From contig JAAZJD010000061.1 of assembly GCA_012800525.1 (NCBI GenBank), positions 25,935 to 89,934 on the forward strand: a stretch of 64,000 nucleotides of DNA. The letters are read 5' to 3'. This DNA is from Clostridiales bacterium. Its GTDB lineage: Bacteria; Bacillota; Clostridia; Christensenellales; DTU072. The position numbers and the translations under genes are program-made. The first letter of the stretch is position 1; each line of letters starts with the position of its first letter. The notes under the pieces are model-generated. The model saw only the letters and a list, made by a program, of their open reading frames with translations, ran no database searches and was not told the DNA's origin. This document shows positions 29,416-37,327 of the stretch, one piece after another.

Positions 29416-29841
29416 ATGAAAACAGTTGAAATTTATACTGATGGCGCATGTTTAGGGAATCCTGGACCTGGAGGGTGGTGTGCAATACTGATATACAAAG
29501 GTGTTGAAAAAACTATTTCAGGATTAAATAAAGAAACTACAAACAATCGCATGGAGTTGGCTGCAGCCATTGAGGGACTCAAGGCATTAAAGGAAAAATG
29601 CAAAGTTATTTTATATAGTGATAGTGCATATTTAGTTAATTCTATAAATGAAAATTGGATTGAAAATTGGCAGAAAAATAATTTTAAAAAAATTAAAAAC
29701 GTAGATTTATGGAAAGAGTTGATCTATCAAATAAAAATCCATAATGTAAGGTTTATTAAAGTTAAAGGTCATTCTGATAATAAATATAATAATAAATGTG
29801 ATTTAATTGCTAGGGAACAAGCAAAACAAGCAAGCAATTAA
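29416..29841 (+). CDS. rnhA: Ribonuclease HI
   Basis: YTDGACLGNPGPGG, TTNNRMEL, SDSAY, KNVDLW, VKGH, NNKCD. Confidence 0.97.
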   Translation: MKTVEIYTDGACLGNPGPGGWCAILIYKGVEKTISGLNKETTNNRMELAAAIEGLKALKEKCKVILYSDSAYLVNSINENWIENWQKNNFKKIKNVDLWKELIYQIKIHNVRFIKVKGHSDNKYNNKCDLIAREQAKQASN

Positions 29842-29845
29842 AAGT

Positions 29846-31222
29846 TTAATTATTTTTCGAAAGATGATATTTTGTAGTTCTAAAAAGCAGATAATATATT
29901 AGCGCATATATGGGAAAGAACATTGAATATATCATAGGTATATAAAATTTAAATTTTTTAATTTCAGATATAATATTTCCCGAAATTATATGTGTTATCA
30001 CTGTAATTGAAATTGTCAGTAATATAATAATAGAAGTTTTTATTAATGTAAAAGTTAAATTATATTTAGCCTTTATTCTTTTGGTTGGATAAATATTCCA
30101 AATTATGGTCGTTATTATCGGATAAATTGCAAAAATCAAGGTCATAATTAAAGGTGCAATAATACTATTAATTTCAAGTATTGGATGAAAAATGGTTATC
30201 AATAATGAAATTATAAAAAATATAACAGAAACTATATACGAAGTATCTCTCATAAGCTTGTTTGAATATATGTATTTCATATAATAGTAATTTAATGTGT
30301 TAAATTTATTGTAAGGTTTTAGGCGATAGCCTTCAAGCAATAAATTTTGCCTTAAATCATTAAAGTGTTGCACTCTATGAGTGCCTTCTTCTAATTTTAA
30401 AGATTCCTCATGAAATCTTTTTCTGGTTTCATACTTTGGTTCTTTCTTTCTAAAAAATAATTGAGCCAACTCATCCTTATAGTTTATACGATCTTTTTTT
30501 TCCTCGTTTTCCAACAAAGTGATGGGTTTATTTGCACTTAAATTTTTTTTAACATTAAAATTGTTGTTAATTTCGCTAGATTGTTGTTGGTAGATAGGCA
30601 TAATTGTAATTTTTTGTTCTTCTAGCGAATACTCTCCAATTTGGAGAGTTTTTAGTGCATGTGAAATGTCTTTTTTATGGTTATTATTTGAATCTTCATC
30701 ATTAATGTCATTAAAACTTTTTGTTTGTTGCTCATCAACAGTAGATTCTTTATTTGTTGTATTGTTTGAAGTTTCTTCTTGTTTATCTAAATTATTATAA
30801 TAGTTTTCTTCATCTATTGATTTATTTCTTTTTGTTAAAGGACTAAGGTCACTGGGGTTATATGTGGGGGATATTAACTCTAAATCAACTTGTTTGTCAC
30901 TTACAAGTACATCAAGCAAGGTGCGAGAAAACTCCCAGTCTGCTTGCTCTTCGGCTAAATATGATTTTCCGCTTTCCGTTAGGGCATAATATCTTCTTCT
31001 ACCGCCCATACTTTCATCGCCAAGGTATGAAGAAATAAGTCCATTTTTCTCTAATCGTTTTAGGATGCTATAAAGGGTTGATTGTTTTATATTATATATA
31101 TCTTTTGAGGCATCGCTTATAATCGATAAAATTTCATAACCATATTTAGGTTCTATGGATAAAGCCTTTAGAACGATAGTATCGACGTGACCTCTAAATA
31201 AATCTTGATTAATTTGTGACAT
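29846..31222 (-). CDS. PadR-family regulator with long polar linker and about 4 C-terminal TM helices
   Basis: DLFRGHVDTIVL, YGYEI, STLYSILKRLEKNGLI, GGRRRYYALTESG (PadR wHTH); N/E/K-rich middle; hydrophobic C-terminal ~135 aa. Confidence 0.85.
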   Translation of the reverse strand: MSQINQDLFRGHVDTIVLKALSIEPKYGYEILSIISDASKDIYNIKQSTLYSILKRLEKNGLISSYLGDESMGGRRRYYALTESGKSYLAEEQADWEFSRTLLDVLVSDKQVDLELISPTYNPSDLSPLTKRNKSIDEENYYNNLDKQEETSNNTTNKESTVDEQQTKSFNDINDEDSNNNHKKDISHALKTLQIGEYSLEEQKITIMPIYQQQSSEINNNFNVKKNLSANKPITLLENEEKKDRINYKDELAQLFFRKKEPKYETRKRFHEESLKLEEGTHRVQHFNDLRQNLLLEGYRLKPYNKFNTLNYYYMKYIYSNKLMRDTSYIVSVIFFIISLLITIFHPILEINSIIAPLIMTLIFAIYPIITTIIWNIYPTKRIKAKYNLTFTLIKTSIIILLTISITVITHIISGNIISEIKKFKFYIPMIYSMFFPIYALIYYLLFRTTKYHLSKNN

Positions 31223-31223
31223 T

Positions 31224-31859
31224 TTAAAACTTTAGTTTAAGACAACCAACAATCACTCCCAAAATTTTTATTTTTTTAGGTATGACTGGTTTCATGCTTT
31301 TATTTGCAGGAAAGAGTGTTATCATTTCTCCTTTTTTTATGTATTTTTTTATCGTTGTAAACTCATCTTCTATTAACGCATAAACAATATCGTTTGTTTT
31401 GGCTGTTGTTTGATTTTTAATCAAAACAAAATCCCCATCATCTATGCCGGCGTCTACCATGCTTGTGCCAATCATTTTTAGTATAAAGCAACTATCTGTA
31501 GCATCAATTTCAGGCAATAGTGTTTTTGATATGGACAACACGTTGTCATTTTGAGTAGAAAATCTATTGGGGAATGTATCATTTAAAATTTTGAATACAA
31601 TAGATTCATTTATAGGAGTTTCTTGTTGTAATCTATTTTTTAATCCTATAATTTCGATTGCTCTACTTTTATAATTGTTTATTTTAATTTTATTTAATTG
31701 TTCTAGCTCTAATAGTTTGGGTTTTACCATTGAAATAGACTTATATCCTAATGCTGTCTGAATTTCTCTATAGGAAGGGGAAAAGCCATTTCTATCAATA
31801 AATTCAGTTAAATAATAAAAAAGTTCATTTAATTCAAGATTTAAACTTTTCATATCCAA
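31224..31859 (-). CDS. lexA: LexA-like repressor (wHTH + S24 peptidase) lacking the Ala-Gly cleavage site
   Basis: GFSPSYREI...KSRAIEI N-domain; IGTSMVDAGIDDGD (catalytic Ser), TIKK (catalytic Lys); adjacent to xer as in Clostridia. Confidence 0.8.
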   Translation of the reverse strand: MDMKSLNLELNELFYYLTEFIDRNGFSPSYREIQTALGYKSISMVKPKLLELEQLNKIKINNYKSRAIEIIGLKNRLQQETPINESIVFKILNDTFPNRFSTQNDNVLSISKTLLPEIDATDSCFILKMIGTSMVDAGIDDGDFVLIKNQTTAKTNDIVYALIEDEFTTIKKYIKKGEMITLFPANKSMKPVIPKKIKILGVIVGCLKLKF

Positions 31860-31976
31860 GTTCTCAATATATTAGTTTATTAAATTTTATCATAGTGTGT
31901 AAAAATAGTAAAGAAATGATTTTTTATTCTAAAATAAAGGGTAAAATAAAATACTAAATATAATAACATTCTACTT

Positions 31977-33053
31977 TTATTCTTTTTTATATGAAAAGGA
32001 TGAAACAGCTGTTTTTTTGATTTTTTCTGATGTTGCCGCATAATATTCTTTGGTCGTATTAATATCTTTATGGCCCAAAACTTCTGCAACTACATAGATG
32101 TCACCAGTGGCATTATATAGAGCTGTACCAAAAGTTGCTCTTAGTTTGTGCGGTGATATATTTTTTAGAGGGGCAGCTGTTTTTGCATATTTTTTAACTA
32201 TATTTTGAATAGATCTAACTCCTAAACGACATCCCTTTAATGATATAAATAGGGCATTTGCATGTTTATCATTAATATTTATCTCTTTGGGGACTTTATT
32301 TAGTCGATATTCTAAATATAACTCAAGAAGTTCTTTAATTTCATCAGAATAATATAATTGTGCAATATTTCCACCTTTTCTTGTAATAGAGAAAGAGTTG
32401 TTAGCTAAATCAAAATCATCGATGTCTAGTCCAACACATTCGCTTATTCTTATTCCTGTATTTAAAATTAAATTAATTATCGTATAGTCTCTAAAGTTTA
32501 TTTTTTTGTTATATGCATTTTGAAATTCTGTCTCAAAAGCATTTTCATTTTCAATATTTTTTAACAGTTGTTTAACTTCTGAGTTTTCAAGTCTTATAAT
32601 GGGTTTAGTTCTAATTTTAGGGGACTTTACTTTTGTTGTAACATTTTCTTTTAATTTATCTCTTGAATAAAAATACGAAAAAAGAGCTTTAACTGTACTA
32701 AGCTTCCTTGCTTTTGAGCTATCTTTATTTTTTCGCGAGACTCCTTTATAGGTATAAAATGAAAGATATCTAAGAAAATATTCAATATCAGTTGCTCGAA
32801 TTGTATTCAAGTGTTCAATTTCTATATCGATTGGTGATAAATCTTTAAAGTTTTTATGCTTGCTAATTAAAAAGTCAAAAAAAATAGCCAAATCCATGGC
32901 ATAGTTTAGTTTTGTTAAATAGGTCGTTTGAGTATCGATTGCATTAAAAAATTCAATACAAAAATATGGAAGTTCATTTTCTACAATTTTTTCAAACTTT
33001 TTGTAGGTATTTAAATCTCTTTCATCAAAATAATTGTTTGGTTTATTATTCAT
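31977..33053 (-). CDS. Chromosomal tyrosine recombinase, XerC/XerS-like
   Basis: TGIRISE (R), RKGG (K), SPHKLR (HxxR), LGH, TTKEY (Y); long N-terminus (LPYFCIEFF...YAMDLAIFFDFL) like the clostridial XerS-like family; housekeeping context. Confidence 0.88.
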   Translation of the reverse strand: MNNKPNNYFDERDLNTYKKFEKIVENELPYFCIEFFNAIDTQTTYLTKLNYAMDLAIFFDFLISKHKNFKDLSPIDIEIEHLNTIRATDIEYFLRYLSFYTYKGVSRKNKDSSKARKLSTVKALFSYFYSRDKLKENVTTKVKSPKIRTKPIIRLENSEVKQLLKNIENENAFETEFQNAYNKKINFRDYTIINLILNTGIRISECVGLDIDDFDLANNSFSITRKGGNIAQLYYSDEIKELLELYLEYRLNKVPKEININDKHANALFISLKGCRLGVRSIQNIVKKYAKTAAPLKNISPHKLRATFGTALYNATGDIYVVAEVLGHKDINTTKEYYAATSEKIKKTAVSSFSYKKE

Positions 33054-33182
33054 AACATAATTATTTTATCAATTTTTACTAAAAAATACAATTTTATCAA
33101 TTTGTAAAATTGAATTAATGTTCAAATTAATTTTTAAAAGATAGTAAGTGGGGGATATAAAAACGCAAAGCTTATCAGCCAA

Positions 33183-33220
33183 ATATCTATTCGTAAAACA
33201 CACCTTTTGCGAATAGATAT
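33183..33220. other. 16-bp intergenic inverted repeat/hairpin
   Basis: ATATCTATTCGTAAAA-CACACC-TTTTGCGAATAGATAT (one T-G pair). Confidence 0.85.
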
Positions 33221-33338
33221 CTATCGGGGCGGGTTAAAATTTGCGTATTTCTAAATTTTATTGTTATTTTTATATATTTTATGTTTTTGCATCTTTTTTA
33301 AATAATATATTTTGAAAATTGAATTATATAAATTTAAT

Positions 33339-34544
33339 TTAAAACTTTTTTAAAATTGTATTTAAGGCTATTACAGAATGTTCGTATGTTAAGCTGCCTT
33401 GTAAATATGCAATGTATGGAGATTTAATTGGCGCATCTGCGGAAAGTTCAATTGATGATCCTTGCGTGAATGAGCCTGACGCCATAATAATTTCATTTGA
33501 ATATCCAGGCATTCCCCAAGGTTCTGGCGTTGCAAAACTATCAATCGGTGAATTTTTTTGAATTTCTTGTACAAATTTGATTAATTTATCTTTTGATTCA
33601 AATTTTATTGCTCTTATAATATCGCCTGGTAAATTATTAGAACTAATTTTAGGTAAAGTTTCATATCCTAATTGTTTAAATGCATATCCAAATATAAGGG
33701 AGCTTTTAACTGCGTTTTTTACAATTGTAGGAGCCAAAAATAGTCCTTGATAAAATGGTGTATATGAGGCATTGTATGAGCCAATTTCCATTCCTATTGA
33801 AGGTGCAATAAATCTATTTGCTATTTTATCAATTAATTTTGCTTTTCCTACAATGTAAGCCCCTGTTGGAGCGATGCCACCACCAATGTTTTTTATAAAT
33901 GATCCGACCACTATGTCGGCTCCCACTTCAGTTGGTTCTTTTTTTGAAACAAATTCACCATAACAGTTATCTACTAACACAATTGCATCTTTTTGATTTG
34001 TTTTTATGTAATCAATGAGGTGACCTATTTCGTTTATTTTTAAGGCTTCTCTCCATGAGTATCCGCTTGATCTAGTAATTAATATGAGTTTAGGTTTGTT
34101 TTTATTTAATTCTTTTTTTATAAGATTAAAATTAAAGTTATTGTTAGAATCAGATTCTAAAATTCTACAATTTATGCCAAAATCCTGTAAAGAATTGTTG
34201 TTTTCTCCAAAAATTACGTCGTTGAGAGTATCATATGGTTTTCCTAGACATAAAAAGTTATCATTAGGTTTTAAAATTCCACTTAAAGCAATATATAAGG
34301 CATGTGTTCCAGATGTTATTAATGGTGAAAAAATAGCTTTTTCAGAGGAAAAAATGTCTGCAATTAATTTACATAACATATCTCTACCTAAATCATCGTA
34401 CCCATAGCCAGTTGTTGGAGAAAAATGTTGAGTTGAGACTCGATTATTTTTGTATGCATCCAAAACTTTATTAAAATTGTAAAGTGCAATATCTTCAATT
34501 GCATTGAAAATTTTTTTAAGATTCTTTTCGATATTGTTAATCAT
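33339..34544 (-). CDS. ynbB: YnbB/aluminium-resistance (methionine gamma-lyase-like) PLP protein
   Basis: TTGYGYDDLGRD, SGTHA, VDNCYGEF, GSFIKNIGGG, MPGY...IMASGSFTQGSSIELSADAP. Confidence 0.9.
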   Translation of the reverse strand: MINNIEKNLKKIFNAIEDIALYNFNKVLDAYKNNRVSTQHFSPTTGYGYDDLGRDMLCKLIADIFSSEKAIFSPLITSGTHALYIALSGILKPNDNFLCLGKPYDTLNDVIFGENNNSLQDFGINCRILESDSNNNFNFNLIKKELNKNKPKLILITRSSGYSWREALKINEIGHLIDYIKTNQKDAIVLVDNCYGEFVSKKEPTEVGADIVVGSFIKNIGGGIAPTGAYIVGKAKLIDKIANRFIAPSIGMEIGSYNASYTPFYQGLFLAPTIVKNAVKSSLIFGYAFKQLGYETLPKISSNNLPGDIIRAIKFESKDKLIKFVQEIQKNSPIDSFATPEPWGMPGYSNEIIMASGSFTQGSSIELSADAPIKSPYIAYLQGSLTYEHSVIALNTILKKF

Positions 34545-35457
34545 TTGTATTTCCTTTCTTATGTATTAAATCTAATATTTGTTCATGTGGATTGTCTTCA
34601 ATATCAATATAATATACGTTGCTAATATTTTTATATTGATTATTAAACCAAGTTCTTTGTTTTTTTGCATATTGACGAGTATTTATATTAATTTGCTCTA
34701 TTACAGTGTCAATTTCTGTTTTTTCATAAAAAAATGGCTCCCACTCCTTGTAACCTATGGCTTGCATCGATTTTAATTTAAAAGAATATCCTAAATTAAG
34801 CAGTTTTTCAACTTCCTCTTTAAGCCCAAGATCAATCATTATGTGTATTCTTTTTAAAATTTTCTCGTTAATCAAATTAATTGAAGATGTTAATATAAAA
34901 AATAAATAATTTTCCTTTTTCAATTTAAATGTTTTTGAAAGTGTGGAAGGCTTTTTGCCACTTTTTACTATTGTTAAATATCTAATAACTCTTCTAATAT
35001 TGTTAGGATGTGTTTTTTTGGCTGTAATTGGATCAAACTTTTTGAGTTCATCATATAAATAAATTGCTCCTTTGGTTTTTAAATCGTATTCAATAGATTT
35101 TTTAATTTCTTCTTGATTTATTGTTGTAGCACCATATTCTTGATCATATAAATAAGTATCCATATAAAAGCCCGTGCCACCTGTAATTATAGGTGTTATA
35201 TTGATTTTTTTTAAATCATTTAAAACTATATTTGAACAACGTTTATAGTCTACAACCGTAAAATCTTGATCTGGTTCAATAAGATCAATTAAGTGCTGTT
35301 TTGTTTCTAAGTCTCTATTTTTGTTGGTACCAATATCCATATGCTTATATACTTGAGAAGCATCGCACGACAATATTTCGCCATTTAATTCTTTAGAAAT
35401 AAAATTTGCAATATTAGATTTTCCGGTAGAGGTTGCTCCAGCAATAAAAATGTACAA
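34537..35457 (-). CDS. miaA: tRNA dimethylallyltransferase
   Basis: GATSTGKS, CDASQVYKHMDIGTNK, TGGTGFY, QAIGYKE, TRQYAKKQRTWF. Confidence 0.96.
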   Translation of the reverse strand: MYIFIAGATSTGKSNIANFISKELNGEILSCDASQVYKHMDIGTNKNRDLETKQHLIDLIEPDQDFTVVDYKRCSNIVLNDLKKINITPIITGGTGFYMDTYLYDQEYGATTINQEEIKKSIEYDLKTKGAIYLYDELKKFDPITAKKTHPNNIRRVIRYLTIVKSGKKPSTLSKTFKLKKENYLFFILTSSINLINEKILKRIHIMIDLGLKEEVEKLLNLGYSFKLKSMQAIGYKEWEPFFYEKTEIDTVIEQININTRQYAKKQRTWFNNQYKNISNVYYIDIEDNPHEQILDLIHKKGNTND

Positions 35458-35463
35458 TATGTA

Positions 35464-37326
35464 TTATCTCCTTTTAAATTTTTTTTCAATATCAATTTTT
35501 GAAAATTTTAAAAATGTTGGTCTTCCATGAGGGCATTGTTCGGGAAAGTTGTTTTTTAACAAATAATGAAATATGCTTTTAATTTCTTCTTGAGAAAATT
35601 GTGTATTTCCTTTAATTGCTGCAGAACATGCCATTTTAGCAATTATATCTTTGGCAATTTCTTGTAGTTTCATTTTTTCTTCTGAAAGCAAATATTGTGC
35701 AATGAGTGTAATAAATTTGTGTATATTAACATTTTTAAAAATTATGGGAATTGAATTAAATTTAATTGTATTAATGCCAAAAAGTTCAACTGAAAATCCA
35801 ATATCATTTAAATATTTTAAATTTTGAGATAAAATTTCATATTCATCATTTTCAAAATCTAAAGTTAAAGGAACCAATAACGGTTGGACTATTATATTTG
35901 TAATATCATTAATTTGTGCCATTAAATCATCAAATATTATTCTTTCATGTATGGCATGCTGATCAATAAAATATAATTCGTTATTATATTCTATTAAGAT
36001 ATATGTACCAAATATTTGCCCTATAACATTATAGTTGTAAGAATTGATTGATTCATTATATTTATTAGTTTCCTTATTTTCATGTTTTTCAATTTTTTCT
36101 CTTTTTTTTGAATAAAAGTCAAAAAATGAATAATTTTCTATTAGTATTTCTTCTTTTGTATCTAAAAAGTCATTGTTTGAACTTAGATTACTAATCTTTT
36201 TTTCTATATGTTGTTTGTCATTTTCTTTTTCAATAAACATTTTGTTGTTTTCATCAGGTTTTGTAGTTGCATCAAATGCAAGAGACTTATTTGAATTATT
36301 TTTAATGGATAAATCTGCTTTAAATAGGTTATCTCTAGTTTGTTGTTCATATTCCTCCAAAGCTTGTTTTATTGCATTATATAAGCTTCCTAATATTTTT
36401 GAAGATGTTGCAAATCTAACTTCTTTTTTATTTGGATGTACATTAACATCGACATCTTCAAATGGAACAATTATGTTTAAGACATATACTGGGAAGTTGC
36501 GTTTCATTAATCGATCTCCATAAGCATTTTGAATTGTTGCAGTCATTGCTGTATTTTCAATAACTCTACCATTAACGACTAATAATTGATCATTTCTATT
36601 ATATTTAACTAGTTTGGTATTGGAGATATATCCAAAAATTTTGATTTTATTTATATGATTTTCAATATAGAATAAATCTTTTAGTTCATTTGATGTATAA
36701 ATTGATTTTAATGCACCATTTAAACCATCACCATCACTTGCTAATGTTAAAGAAGAATCAATATAATATTTAAATGCGATATCTGGATTGGCCAAAATTA
36801 ATCTTTTAACTAGTCTAGTTATTTTACTTTCTTCACTTTTGGGAGATCCTAAGAATTTGAATCGAGCTGGAGTATTAAAAAATAAATTTTTTACAGTTAT
36901 GGTAGTACCGATATTAGCTCCACAAATATTTAATGTTTTTTTATCACCTTTAATTTTTAATGATTTTGCAAATTCTTCATTGTAATACCTACTTTTAATT
37001 TCAAAGTCAGAAACAGCTGATATTGAAGCAAGAGCTTCTCCTCTAAACCCTAAAGTTGATATTGAAGTTAGGTCACTTACTGTGCAAATTTTACTAGTTG
37101 AATGTGGGAGAACTGTTTTTTCAAGTTCACTTTGCGGAATGCCAATTCCATCATCAGCAACAATGATTGATTTAATACCGCCATCTTCTATATGAATTGA
37201 TATATTATTTGCAGATGCATCTATTGAATTTTCAATTAATTCTTTAATGATTGATGAAGGGTCATTCACTACTTCTCCAGCAGCAATTAAATTATAGATA
37301 TTTGGACTTAATATATTAATTTTCAT
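35464..37326 (-). CDS. mutL: DNA mismatch repair endonuclease MutL
   Basis: IAAGEVV, KELIENSIDA, LGFRGEALASI, DVNVHPNK, DQHAIHER, CPHGRP. Confidence 0.97.
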   Translation of the reverse strand: MKINILSPNIYNLIAAGEVVNDPSSIIKELIENSIDASANNISIHIEDGGIKSIIVADDGIGIPQSELEKTVLPHSTSKICTVSDLTSISTLGFRGEALASISAVSDFEIKSRYYNEEFAKSLKIKGDKKTLNICGANIGTTITVKNLFFNTPARFKFLGSPKSEESKITRLVKRLILANPDIAFKYYIDSSLTLASDGDGLNGALKSIYTSNELKDLFYIENHINKIKIFGYISNTKLVKYNRNDQLLVVNGRVIENTAMTATIQNAYGDRLMKRNFPVYVLNIIVPFEDVDVNVHPNKKEVRFATSSKILGSLYNAIKQALEEYEQQTRDNLFKADLSIKNNSNKSLAFDATTKPDENNKMFIEKENDKQHIEKKISNLSSNNDFLDTKEEILIENYSFFDFYSKKREKIEKHENKETNKYNESINSYNYNVIGQIFGTYILIEYNNELYFIDQHAIHERIIFDDLMAQINDITNIIVQPLLVPLTLDFENDEYEILSQNLKYLNDIGFSVELFGINTIKFNSIPIIFKNVNIHKFITLIAQYLLSEEKMKLQEIAKDIIAKMACSAAIKGNTQFSQEEIKSIFHYLLKNNFPEQCPHGRPTFLKFSKIDIEKKFKRR

Positions 37327-37327
37327 T

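Noticed and set aside
31880-32089. 69-aa + strand ORF opposite xer
   Set aside because: Antisense shadow ORF without RBS or motifs.
31977-33053. Recombinase as prophage or ICE integrase
   Set aside because: Flanked by housekeeping genes in standard clostridial order; no att duplication, phage or conjugation genes, or composition shift.
35900-35970. MutL motif DQHAIHERIIFD ending in D rather than E
   Set aside because: Conservative change; the other metal-binding motifs (ACS, CPHGRP) are intact.
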